Below are positions 14,501 to 23,094 of a stretch of DNA of 32,000 nucleotides, piece by piece. Source of the DNA: Bacillus manliponensis (GTDB lineage Bacteria > Bacillota > Bacilli > Bacillales > Bacillaceae_G). The notes under the pieces were generated by a model. That model had not been told where the DNA came from, did no database searches, and saw only the letters and a program-made list of their open reading frames with translations. Numbering within the stretch: position 1 is the first letter of the stretch; each line of letters begins with the position of its first letter. The stretch is taken from positions 15,901-47,900 of the forward strand of contig NZ_JOTN01000001.1 of assembly GCF_000712595.1 (NCBI RefSeq), written 5' to 3'. A program made the position numbers and the translations under genes.

Positions 14501-16195
14501 ATGAAATTTGTTTCAATCCGCAAGAAACTCATGTTTATGCTCTCTACAATTTGTGCTTTATTCGGCATTGCTTTAGCATGTATTTTCTTTTTTGCATCGA
14601 ATCAAGCAAAACAAGCAGAAGTATTACAGCAAGATGTTTCAAAAAAAGCCACCCTTTTAAAAGCACAAGGAGATGCATATCAAGTACAGCTGTCTGCTCT
14701 TCGTGGTTATTTACTGCAGCATAATGAAGTAGAAGTAAATAAAATGTATGAAATTGAAAAAGAATTAAATGATCGAGCAAAAGTGTTACGTGCTGATCCA
14801 ACTGTTCCTCAAGAAGTGAAAGACACAATGGTGACTGGTGAAGAGTGGATTGCATTTTTGAAGAACGAAGCACTTCCACTTGCAAAAGAAGAACGATGGG
14901 ATGAGATTACTCAAGTTGCCCAGTCTAAAAACGAAATGGTGTATAAAGTCATTGGCGACTTTTCAAAATATAGCAATGACTATAATAAGCAGCGTGATGA
15001 TTTAATTAAAGAGATTGAAGCTGCGGCAGCGTTTATTAAATATGTGATTTTAGCAGCAATTATTGTGTGTACCTTAACTGCCTTACTACTAGCTTGGTGG
15101 TTCTCTGGCAAACTTGTCAAACCAATTCAAGAAATTGATGAAAAATTAAACGAACTTGCTTCTCAAGATGGTGACTTAACAGCTCGTTTACATGTAAAAA
15201 GTAACGATGAAATCGGTGCCATTGCTGATTCATTCAATCAAATGCTAGCCAACTTACAGCATATTGTAAGTCGTGTTCAAAAAACATCCGCCGAAGTACA
15301 AGTTGCTTCTGAAAATGTTCTAGCGCAAACGACTACATCGATGACAGATGCGACACAGATTCAAAAAACGATGACAGAATTAGAAAGTAATATTCAAGCG
15401 CAAGTTTCAAGCATTGAAGAAAGTTCAACGGCTATGGATGATATGAGCACAAGTGTACAACACATTGCCGAATCCGCTTCTGCTGTAGCTGAACTTGCTG
15501 TAACAACATCTGAGCAAGCAAACGCAGGAAGTAGTGTCATTAAACAATCCGTAACACAAATGCAAACCATTCATGAAGCAGTAAATGCAACTCATCAAGT
15601 CGTCGAACGTCTGATTACGCATACAAAACATATCGATACAGCTGTACAGTCTATTTCACACATTGCTGAACAAACAAACTTACTTGCCTTAAACGCATCG
15701 ATTGAGGCGGCTCGTGCTGGTGAACAAGGAAAAGGTTTTGCCGTTGTTGCTGATGAAGTAAGAAAGCTTGCCGAGCAATCAAAAACAGCTGCGGTTAGCA
15801 TTAACCAGCTTCTTCACCACATTCAAGACGATACAAAATCAGCAAGCGAAATGATGATTGATGGGCAAGTAGAAGCTGCACAAGGAATTACAGTCATTCA
15901 AGAAGCTGGTGCTTCCTTCTCTAACATCGTGAACCAGATTAATGAAGTATCAACAAAAATGCAAGACGTATCAGCAACTGCTGAAGAAATGGCAGCAAGC
16001 GCTGAAGAGATGAATGTCTCTCTAAATAATATTGCATCTATTTCTGGTGAAGTATCTGCTGAAACAATGCAAACAGCAAACTCTGCTGGTGCACAAGTAA
16101 CCGTAATGAAAAACATGTCAGAAACAGCAGCGCAAATGAAGCATGTTGTAGAAGAGTTAGAGGAACTTGTATCTCGCTTTAAAACTGAAGATTAA
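14501..16195 (+). CDS. Methyl-accepting chemotaxis protein, tandem paralogue of 12558-14246
   Basis: Same architecture as its neighbour. The signalling domain [38 protein letters not shown] is nearly identical, and the sensor domain is clearly more divergent. Confidence 0.9.
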   Translation: MKFVSIRKKLMFMLSTICALFGIALACIFFFASNQAKQAEVLQQDVSKKATLLKAQGDAYQVQLSALRGYLLQHNEVEVNKMYEIEKELNDRAKVLRADPTVPQEVKDTMVTGEEWIAFLKNEALPLAKEERWDEITQVAQSKNEMVYKVIGDFSKYSNDYNKQRDDLIKEIEAAAAFIKYVILAAIIVCTLTALLLAWWFSGKLVKPIQEIDEKLNELASQDGDLTARLHVKSNDEIGAIADSFNQMLANLQHIVSRVQKTSAEVQVASENVLAQTTTSMTDATQIQKTMTELESNIQAQVSSIEESSTAMDDMSTSVQHIAESASAVAELAVTTSEQANAGSSVIKQSVTQMQTIHEAVNATHQVVERLITHTKHIDTAVQSISHIAEQTNLLALNASIEAARAGEQGKGFAVVADEVRKLAEQSKTAAVSINQLLHHIQDDTKSASEMMIDGQVEAAQGITVIQEAGASFSNIVNQINEVSTKMQDVSATAEEMAASAEEMNVSLNNIASISGEVSAETMQTANSAGAQVTVMKNMSETAAQMKHVVEELEELVSRFKTED

Positions 16196-16317
16196 AAGAC
16201 CCCCTTCTTTTTAGTTGAAACGAGTATCCCCTCTATATTTTTTATCACAAACTCTCTTTTCAACTATCTTCATAGCCGTAATGAAAATATGAGATATAAA
16301 CTTCCCTTCATATAAAA

Positions 16318-16363
16318 GGAGCGTCCAATCGTATATAAAAGCGATTAGGACGCTCTTCTTTTT
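16318..16363 (+). terminator. Rho-independent terminator
   Basis: GGAGCGTCCAATCG (16318-16331) pairs with CGATTAGGACGCTC (16342-16355) with one bulge, followed by TTCTTTTT. Confidence 0.7.
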
Positions 16364-16440
16364 CCTCGAGCTAGATTCCTGCACCTTTCCCTGCCTATCC
16401 TGTATAATGAGAATACATATCACAAAGTGAGGTGTTACGT

Positions 16441-16755
16441 ATGTCGAAAGAATTTGAAGATAAAATATATGCAAATTTAGAAGCTGTTATTGATCCCGAA
16501 CTAGGTGTTGATATTATTAACCTTGGTCTTGTATATGATGTGACAGCTGATGAAAACTATAATGCGATTATTACAATGACAATGACATCAATTGGCTGCC
16601 CAATGGCTGGACAAATCGTAGCTGATGTAAAAAAAGTATTAGCAACAAACATCCCGGAAATCAATGAGATTGAAGTCAATGTCGTCTGGAATCCACCATG
16701 GACAAAAGAGCGAATGTCACGCATTGCAAAAATCGCATTAGGAGTTCGCGATTAA
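16441..16755 (+). CDS. DUF59/MIP18-family (SufT/YitW-like) putative Fe-S assembly protein
   Basis: The translation reads VIDPELGVDIINLGLVYDV...MTMTSIGCPMAGQI...VVWNPPWTKERMS. I prefer the ATG at 16441, which is 6 nt after GTGAGGTG, over the track's GTG at 16432, which lies inside the SD. Confidence 0.85.
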   Translation: MSKEFEDKIYANLEAVIDPELGVDIINLGLVYDVTADENYNAIITMTMTSIGCPMAGQIVADVKKVLATNIPEINEIEVNVVWNPPWTKERMSRIAKIALGVRD

Positions 16756-16801
16756 ATTATCATTTTCTATACAAATACAGTGAATCTAAATAATGAACAA
16801 C

Positions 16802-16830
16802 AAAACACCTCCTATATAGGAGGTGTTTTC
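16802..16830. terminator. Bidirectional terminator between convergent genes
   Basis: AAAACACCTCC pairs with GGAGGTGTTTT. Confidence 0.8.
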
Positions 16831-16890
16831 CTTAAGCTGTTATGCAGAAAATACGATACAAATTAAAATCTGAAAAGCTACTTCCCTCTT

Positions 16891-17529
16891 TTACTTCCAC
16901 TCTGCAATTCTATCAATTGGCAGACGAACAGATTGATAACCAGCGTCAGCTGCTTTACCAATTGATATTAACATAACTGGGACATAGCGATCTTTATCCA
17001 GTCCAAATGCTTCTGCAATTTTATCTTTCTCGAAACCACCAATTGGACACGTGTCATATCCATGTGCACGAGCTGCTAGCATAAGTTGCATGGATACAAG
17101 ACCACCATCAATTAAGACAGTATCTCTCATCACTTCTTTTGAAACTGTAGACATGTATGCTTTAATTTGGACCATTTGTTGTTCTTTCACTTCGGCAGGC
17201 ATATATCCAAGTTCTACTGCTTTACTATAAATCTCTTCTCCATACTCAAAGTTATTTAGATCACCAAATACAGCAATCATAGCTGAAGATGTTTCTACTT
17301 GAGAGCCGTTAAATTTAGCGAGTGGAGCAATTGTTGCTTTTCCTTCCGCACTATCAATCACAAGAAATCTCCACGGTTGCATATTAATTGAAGACGGAGC
17401 TAACGTTGCTTTTGTAAGAATTTCTGTCATTTCTTCCTTGCTAATTTTTACATTTGGATTGTACTTACGGATTGAACGACGCCCTGTCACGATTTCTGTA
17501 AAGTCATTTGTTTTCATTGTGTTATTCAT
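16891..17529 (-). CDS. NAD(P)H-dependent FMN nitroreductase family protein
   Basis: The RRSIRKY motif is near the N-terminus, followed by PSSINMQPWRFLVI. Length of 212 aa is typical of the family. Confidence 0.85.
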   Translation of the reverse strand: MNNTMKTNDFTEIVTGRRSIRKYNPNVKISKEEMTEILTKATLAPSSINMQPWRFLVIDSAEGKATIAPLAKFNGSQVETSSAMIAVFGDLNNFEYGEEIYSKAVELGYMPAEVKEQQMVQIKAYMSTVSKEVMRDTVLIDGGLVSMQLMLAARAHGYDTCPIGGFEKDKIAEAFGLDKDRYVPVMLISIGKAADAGYQSVRLPIDRIAEWK

Positions 17530-17552
17530 AGATGGATACTCCTTTTCTTATA

Positions 17553-17981
17553 CTACATTTCATTTATATTTTTTTGAATACGATCTAATACTTGTAAAAG
17601 TTCATCACGCTCTTCTTCTGTAAAACCTTTTAACGCAGAAGAAGCGAATCGCTCCTGTTCTTCTCGAAAAGAACAAAATGCACCCCGGCCATAATCGGTT
17701 AAACTAACAAGTGTTACCCGGTTATCCGTCGACTTTTTACGTCTCGACACCATCTCTTTCGCCTCAAGATACTTCAAGTGCCTTGTAATGGCAGCATTAT
17801 CAATGCCAACTTTTTTTTGAAGCTCCTTTTGGCTCATTTCGTCCACCTGATATAGCTGATACAAAAGTTCTAATCTTGACTGGCTAAGACCTGTACATCC
17901 TTCAAATTTCGAACTGATTTCTTTATTTACTAAATGTAAATTATATAAAATAAGCGATTGCTTCACACATGAACTCGTCAC
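17553..17981 (-). CDS. MarR-family transcriptional regulator (in an operon with the nitroreductase)
   Basis: The winged HTH reads LSQSRLELLYQLYQVDEMSQKELQKKVGIDNAAITRHLKYLEAKEMVSRRKKSTDNRVTLVSLTDYG. Confidence 0.85.
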   Translation of the reverse strand: MTSSCVKQSLILYNLHLVNKEISSKFEGCTGLSQSRLELLYQLYQVDEMSQKELQKKVGIDNAAITRHLKYLEAKEMVSRRKKSTDNRVTLVSLTDYGRGAFCSFREEQERFASSALKGFTEEERDELLQVLDRIQKNINEM

Positions 17982-18010
17982 TGTGCTCCCCCTTTGTCAT
18001 TTACGAACCG

Positions 18011-18060
18011 TTAGTTGATATATCAAAATTTGATGCATCAATATTTGATATGTCAACTAA
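18011..18060. promoter_or_regulatory. Nested palindromic operator candidate upstream of the MarR-nitroreductase operon
   Basis: TTAGTTGATATATCAAA and TTTGATATGTCAACTAA form a 17-bp inverted repeat with 1 mismatch. They flank the perfect palindrome TTGATGCATCAA. Confidence 0.6.
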
Positions 18061-18194
18061 TATACATGAACTCAATTTATAATGCAACATTTTTCACTTG
18101 GTAGTATATGTATTATGTATCCTTCTTACATTTTCATACAAACAAAAGTAAAACCACCTATCACCAGAAACTAGGAAGTTTTATGTTCTTAATA

Positions 18195-18232
18195 AAGAAC
18201 AAGACCTGACAAGAAACTGTCAGGTCTTTGTT
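18195..18232 (-). terminator. Rho-independent terminator of the protease genes
   Basis: The minus strand reads AAAGACCTGACA-GTTTCT-TGTCAGGTCTT followed by GTTCTTTATT. Confidence 0.75.
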
Positions 18233-18237
18233 TTCTC

Positions 18238-19884
18238 TTATTTTACACCTACTGCATCGTATGCTTTCTTAACAGCTGCTACTTCTTTCGAATTTGCACC
18301 ATATAAGTCTTCTGCTGATTGAACTGCAGCTTGACGCATCATGCTAAAGTTCGAATTTGCTGTTAAATATTTCGTAAGTGAACGGTAATAAATTTTCTCT
18401 GTCGCTTCGTGGCCAACACCTTCTACTTTCACGCCATAGTGCTCTCCACCTTCAGCGATTAAGTATGCCGCTTTATTGTTAATGCTACTGTTAATATGAA
18501 CACCACCGTAATCAGCTGTGCCCGTGTAGCGTTTGCTATAATGATCTGGGTATCCTTCAGATGGCTTTAATGGATTTGGAATTGACGCTGGATCACTTAA
18601 TGAACGAAGCGCATCACCTTCTACACCTGGCGTATACACATCTTCTCCAAGCAGCCAGTCATCACGGTCTACCATCGCACCAAAAATATCAGAGATTGAC
18701 TCATTTAGTGCACCAGATTCATTTTCGTACACTAAGTTCGCCGAATATTCTGTTACCGCATGAGCTAATTCATGGGCAATAACATCTAAGCTTCCTGATA
18801 ACGGTAAAAATACTTCTCCATCACCATCACCGTACATCATTTGAATACCGTTCCACGCCGCATTGTTCCAGCCATCGCCGATGTGGACAGTTGAAATTAA
18901 TTTTGCTCCTTGATCGTCAAACGAGTTGCGATCAAATGTCTTTTTGAAATAATCATACACTTTCGCTGCATTTGCATGTGCATCAACAGCTGCTTTATCA
19001 TGGAACATTTTGGACTGACTCTCTATCTCCTCACCTGTGTAGCCAAACCATTGTGATAATAAATTAAACAACCCTGGACTCATATTCTCTGCGTCAAATG
19101 TATGAACCCCGTTTCCACGCGTTCCATCAAATAAATAGTATTTTCCTGTTTTGTTATCTTGTGAAATTTTAAATGATGTTCTTTGTCCTAGCACGCCATA
19201 TCCAAAACCTTCCATATTATGAACTGCATTATACTTGTTAATGACATTTCCATTTGTCGCATCGATGAAGTAATGCCAGTAGCCTGGCTCCGGCTTAGAA
19301 ATAGAAGCTTTTACTAAATATGATAAATAATACTTTCCGTCTTTTTCATATACAAACAAGTCTTTTTTGATACCATCATAATTCTCTACTTTTCCAATTT
19401 CTTTTTCAATCTCTGCTTTTGCAATTTTTTCAGCTTCTTCTTTTGAGATGCTTGCTTCAGCCGGAATATTTTTATCCGCTAAATCTGGAACAACTTGTCC
19501 GAAGAATGCTTTTACATTGTTGTTTTCATCAAGTGCAACTGTTTGATCTGATCCGTAAATTGGAACGTCGTTATGCGTCTCAACTAATTTTATATGCGTT
19601 GTATTTGTCTCTTCATCTTTCTCTTCAGAAATAATTTCAAAATGCTGTTTCATATTTCCAGCTAATTGAAACATCTCTTTTTTACTCTCCAAATATTGGA
19701 AGACTGTTTCTTTTTTATCTAAGCCTTCCGGGGCTTTCCACTCTTCCCCTATGTAAGCTGGTGTTTTAAATTCTTGGTGGTATTGAATTTGCTGTTCTTC
19801 CGCTTGTACCTTTGAACCAAATGCTCCAAATCCTCCTACAACAACGGATAACGCTAATGCTGATGAAACGATTTGCTTTTTCAA
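18238..19884 (-). CDS. Secreted M4 (thermolysin/bacillolysin-type) neutral metalloprotease preproenzyme
   Basis: The zinc site is VIAHELAHAV plus GALNESISD. The N-terminal propeptide (FTP/PepSY-like) follows the signal peptide MKKQIVSSALALSVVVGGFGAFGSKVQA. I prefer the TTG at 19882-19884, 7 nt after GGGGAG, over the track's start at 19920. Confidence 0.9.
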   Translation of the reverse strand: MKKQIVSSALALSVVVGGFGAFGSKVQAEEQQIQYHQEFKTPAYIGEEWKAPEGLDKKETVFQYLESKKEMFQLAGNMKQHFEIISEEKDEETNTTHIKLVETHNDVPIYGSDQTVALDENNNVKAFFGQVVPDLADKNIPAEASISKEEAEKIAKAEIEKEIGKVENYDGIKKDLFVYEKDGKYYLSYLVKASISKPEPGYWHYFIDATNGNVINKYNAVHNMEGFGYGVLGQRTSFKISQDNKTGKYYLFDGTRGNGVHTFDAENMSPGLFNLLSQWFGYTGEEIESQSKMFHDKAAVDAHANAAKVYDYFKKTFDRNSFDDQGAKLISTVHIGDGWNNAAWNGIQMMYGDGDGEVFLPLSGSLDVIAHELAHAVTEYSANLVYENESGALNESISDIFGAMVDRDDWLLGEDVYTPGVEGDALRSLSDPASIPNPLKPSEGYPDHYSKRYTGTADYGGVHINSSINNKAAYLIAEGGEHYGVKVEGVGHEATEKIYYRSLTKYLTANSNFSMMRQAAVQSAEDLYGANSKEVAAVKKAYDAVGVK

Positions 19885-19942
19885 TCTAACACTCCCCATT
19901 CCCCCAAAATTTTGTAACACTCACTTACAATATTTCTAAGAA

Positions 19943-19982
19943 GGAATCAGATTCCCTACTTTAAAAAGTTGAGAAAGTTTTT
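19943..19982. promoter_or_regulatory. Conserved upstream element of the protease gene (two palindromes)
   Basis: GGAATCAGATTCC lies at 19943-19955 and AAAAAGTTGAGAAAGTTTTT at 19963-19982. A near-identical block lies upstream of the paralogue at 21684-21722. Confidence 0.5.
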
Positions 19983-19988
19983 ACTTTG

Positions 19989-21629
19989 TTATTGCACACC
20001 TACTGCATCATATGCTTTTGTTACAGCTTGCGCTTCTTTCGAATTCTTACCATATAAATCTTCTGCGGATTGGATCGCCGCTTGACGCATCATGCTAAAG
20101 CTTGAATTTGCTGTTAAATATTTCGTTAACGCTTGATAATAAATACGCTCCGTCGCTTCACGGCCAATCCCTTCTACCGTTACTCCATAATGTGTACCGC
20201 CTTCAGCAACTAAGTGTGCTGCCTTGTTATTAATACTACTATTAATATGAACGCCACCATTATCCTCTGTTCCTACATAGCGCTTGCTGTAATGATCTGG
20301 ATAACCTTCAGATGGCTTTAATGGATTTGGAATTGATGCTGGATCGCTTAAAGAACGAAGTGCATCTCCATCTTTTCCAGGTGTATAAATATCTTCACCT
20401 AACTGCCAATCGTCACGGTCTACCATTGCACCAAAAATATCAGAAATGGATTCGTTTAATGCACCAGATTCATCTTGATATACTAGATTAGCAGAATGCT
20501 CTGTAACCGCATGTGCTAACTCATGCGCAATCACATCTAAGCTAGCTGATAACGGTAAAAATGTTTTACCATCTCCATCACCGTACATCATTTGAATACC
20601 ATTCCATGCAGCATTGTTCCAATTCTTCCCTAAATGAACACTTGAAATTAACTTCGCGCCCTTATTATCAAAAGAATCACGCTGGAAAGTTCCCTTAAAA
20701 TAATCATATACTTTCGCTGCATTTGCATGCGCGTCTACCGCAGCTCGGTCTTCGAAAAACTCTGTTTTACTTTCAATCTCTTTTCCAGTGTGACCCGTAA
20801 ATCTTGATAATATGTTGAACCATGTTGGATCCATATTATTTGCGTTAAACGTGTGGACACCTTTGCCTCGTGTTCCATCAAATAAGTGGAACGCTCCTGT
20901 TTTTTGATTTTTAGAAATCTCAAATGTTACTTCATTTCCAAGTACCCCGTATCCTTTCCCAGTAATATTATGAACTTTATTATATTTATCAATTACGTTT
21001 CCATTTGTCGCATCAATAAAGTAATGCCAATATCCTGGCTCTGGCGTTGAAAGGGAAGCTTTGATTAAATATGCTAAATAATAAGCCCCATCCTTTTCAT
21101 ATACATATACCTCTTTTTTCACACCATCATAATACTCTACTTTACCAACTTCTTTTTCAATTTCAGCTTTTGCAATCTTCTCTGCTTCCTTCACTGAAAT
21201 TTTCGCTTTCGCTGGAATATTTTTATTTTCTAAATCCGGAACAACTTGTCCGAAAAATGCTTTCACATTATTATTTTCATCAATTGCAACTGTTTGATCA
21301 GCCCCATATACAGGGATGTTATTATATGTTTCAACTAGTCTTATATGCGTTGTTTTTGTAGCCTCAGCTTGTTCCTCATTTACAACCTTAAAATGCTTTT
21401 TCATATTTCCAACAAGCTGAAACATATCCTTCTTACTTTCTAAATAATGAAATACCGTTTCTTGCTTACTCAGCCCTTCTGGAGCTTTCCACTCTTCAAC
21501 AATATAAGTTGGTGTTTTGAATTCTTGGTGATATTGAATCTGTTGTTCCTCGGCTTTCACACTAAATGCCCCAAAGCCGCCAAACATAACTGATAAAGCT
21601 AATGTAGACGCAACAATTTTCTTTTTCAC
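19989..21629 (-). CDS. Secreted M4 neutral metalloprotease, tandem paralogue
   Basis: It has the same motifs as its neighbour (VIAHELAHAV, GALNESISD). I prefer the GTG at 21627-21629, 7 nt after GGGAG, which gives MKKKIVASTLALSVMFGGFGAFSVKA. The track's start is 21668. Confidence 0.9.
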   Translation of the reverse strand: MKKKIVASTLALSVMFGGFGAFSVKAEEQQIQYHQEFKTPTYIVEEWKAPEGLSKQETVFHYLESKKDMFQLVGNMKKHFKVVNEEQAEATKTTHIRLVETYNNIPVYGADQTVAIDENNNVKAFFGQVVPDLENKNIPAKAKISVKEAEKIAKAEIEKEVGKVEYYDGVKKEVYVYEKDGAYYLAYLIKASLSTPEPGYWHYFIDATNGNVIDKYNKVHNITGKGYGVLGNEVTFEISKNQKTGAFHLFDGTRGKGVHTFNANNMDPTWFNILSRFTGHTGKEIESKTEFFEDRAAVDAHANAAKVYDYFKGTFQRDSFDNKGAKLISSVHLGKNWNNAAWNGIQMMYGDGDGKTFLPLSASLDVIAHELAHAVTEHSANLVYQDESGALNESISDIFGAMVDRDDWQLGEDIYTPGKDGDALRSLSDPASIPNPLKPSEGYPDHYSKRYVGTEDNGGVHINSSINNKAAHLVAEGGTHYGVTVEGIGREATERIYYQALTKYLTANSSFSMMRQAAIQSAEDLYGKNSKEAQAVTKAYDAVGVQ

Positions 21630-21683
21630 CGAAACACTCCCTATCCCATTTTTTTGAAGCTCGTACATGAAATTCGCAAAAAA

Positions 21684-21722
21684 GGAATCGATTCCCTACT
21701 CAAAAAAGTTGAGAAACTTTTT
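21684..21722. promoter_or_regulatory. Conserved upstream element of the second protease gene
   Basis: A perfect palindrome GGAATCGATTCC lies at 21684-21695. AAAAAGTT-GAGA-AACTTTTT lies at 21703-21722. Confidence 0.5.
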
Positions 21723-21730
21723 CATTCAAT

Positions 21731-21761
21731 AGAAAAAGGGTGCCAATATGACACCCTTTCT
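21731..21761 (-). terminator. Rho-independent terminator of the MarR-pirin operon
   Basis: The minus strand reads AAAGGGTG-TCATATTGG-CACCCTTT followed by a T-run. Confidence 0.75.
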
Positions 21762-21763
21762 TA

Positions 21764-22471
21764 TTACTGCTTCTTCATTTCAATTACTAAATAGTGAGAT
21801 TGTTCCTTAGCTACGATATGAATATTTTCTTCAACAGCTTCCGCTGCATCTCGCATCACAAGTGTTTCCCCGTTTACTATGCCGCTTCCTTCAATTTGAA
21901 CAAGATACGCTTGACGTCCCTCTTTTACTTCAAAAGTAATTTCTTTTCCTTTTTCTAAAGAAAGAGAATATAAATTTGCATCTTGATGAATTTCAATTGG
22001 TGCACCACCATCTACTAGAGAAACCATGTGGAACCAACCATTCTCACGCTTGTTCCAATCAAACTTGAACTCACCGTAATTTGGTTTATGACCAGCTCGG
22101 TCCGGCAAAATCCAAATTTGCAGTAAACGCAATGTTTCATCACCTAAGTTATGTTCACTATGAAAAACGCCTGTCCCAGCGCTCATATATTGAACATGTC
22201 CGCGCTCAATTGTCCCTTCATTTCCCATACTATCTTTATGTGTTAGCTCTCCATCAACAACGTAAGAAATAATCTCCATATCGCGGTGTGGATGCATATC
22301 AAACCCCGTCTGGGCCGCAACTAAATCATCATTAATAACACGTAGCGCTCCAAATCTCATATTACTTGGGTTGTAGTAATCTGCAAACGAGAAATGGAAA
22401 TGTGTATCTAACCAACCGTGATTTCCTCTACCCATTTTTGTATGATCAATTTTCTTAAACATATCCTTCAC
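21764..22471 (-). CDS. Pirin-family bicupin protein (quercetin 2,3-dioxygenase-like)
   Basis: The cupin metal-site region reads FDMHPHRDMEIISYVVDGELTHKDSMGN...SAGTGVFHSEHN. Length is 235 aa. Confidence 0.85.
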   Translation of the reverse strand: MKDMFKKIDHTKMGRGNHGWLDTHFHFSFADYYNPSNMRFGALRVINDDLVAAQTGFDMHPHRDMEIISYVVDGELTHKDSMGNEGTIERGHVQYMSAGTGVFHSEHNLGDETLRLLQIWILPDRAGHKPNYGEFKFDWNKRENGWFHMVSLVDGGAPIEIHQDANLYSLSLEKGKEITFEVKEGRQAYLVQIEGSGIVNGETLVMRDAAEAVEENIHIVAKEQSHYLVIEMKKQ

Positions 22472-22511
22472 CTCATTTTATCTCGAATTCGAGATATTAT
22501 TTTAAAAAATT

Positions 22512-22925
22512 TTATGCCTGTAGCTTTCGCAACAATTCTAATAATTGCTTTTGCTCTTCTTTATTTAATTTGCTAAACTGCTCCGCTTGAAATGTTTCCT
22601 GCGGCGGAACAACTTCTTCGTATAACACTCTTCCCTTCTCTGTTAAAGAAAGGTACTTCGCATTTCCTTCCTGTTCGCGAGAAATAAGTTCTAGTTTCTC
22701 CATCTTATTAACAAGCTGCGTCACATTTCCTTTTGTCACAAACAGCTTCTTACTAAGTTCTTGCTGCGTCAAACGTTCATGTCCACCAATTTGTGCCAAC
22801 ATATCAAACTGAGCTGTCGACAAATTCCACTTCTTCAAATGCTGATTCGTGCTGCGAACACTCCCATTATAAAAGCGCGATAATCGAAACCATAACAACA
22901 ATCCAAGACGTTCCTCTGTTTTCAT
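22512..22925 (-). CDS. MarR-family transcriptional regulator (in an operon with pirin)
   Basis: The translation reads LSTAQFDMLAQIGGHERLTQQELSKKLFVTKGNVTQLVNKMEKLELISREQEGNAKYLSLTEKG. Confidence 0.85.
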   Translation of the reverse strand: MKTEERLGLLLWFRLSRFYNGSVRSTNQHLKKWNLSTAQFDMLAQIGGHERLTQQELSKKLFVTKGNVTQLVNKMEKLELISREQEGNAKYLSLTEKGRVLYEEVVPPQETFQAEQFSKLNKEEQKQLLELLRKLQA

Positions 22926-22953
22926 CTCATCACCTCATTTGCTTTACATTTAT

Positions 22954-23003
22954 AGTTTAGAACTAAACTTCTTTATTGTCAATTACTTATTTTAAATAAG
23001 TAA
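22954..23003. promoter_or_regulatory. Palindromes upstream of the MarR-pirin operon (operator candidates)
   Basis: AGTTTAGAACTAAACT lies at 22954-22969 (7-bp arms). TTACTTATTTTAAATAAGTAA lies at 22983-23003 (10-bp arms). Confidence 0.5.
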
Positions 23004-23094
23004 AAAGAACAGAAACTGGGCCCTGCTCTTACTTATCATTAAATGCAATAGTCCGGTATGACTTATGTCTCATCCAGTTATACAACAATTTAAA

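Noticed and set aside
12806-16116. Several long antisense ORFs inside the two chemoreceptor genes (for example 13418-13861 and 15595-15801)
   Set aside because: They are a by-product of the Ala/Ser/Glu-rich coiled-coil coding sequence on the plus strand, which leaves the reverse frames free of stop codons. They have no start-site signals, and their translations are Ser/Ala/Cys-rich and nonsensical.
16211-16474. 87-aa minus-strand ORF
   Set aside because: It spans a plus-strand terminator hairpin and the promoter, RBS and start of the DUF59 gene. It has no RBS of its own.
19885-19920. Upstream starts given in the track for both protease genes (19920 and 21668)
   Set aside because: The extensions (MLQNFGGMGSVR and MYELQKNGIGSVS) precede, and in part encode, the GGGAG ribosome-binding sites. 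The TTG and GTG starts give canonical MKK signal peptides.
19921-21763. PlcR box (TATGNANNNNTNCATA) upstream of the proteases
   Set aside because: I looked for it because some B. cereus-group neutral proteases are PlcR-regulated. Reading by eye, I found no match in either upstream region.
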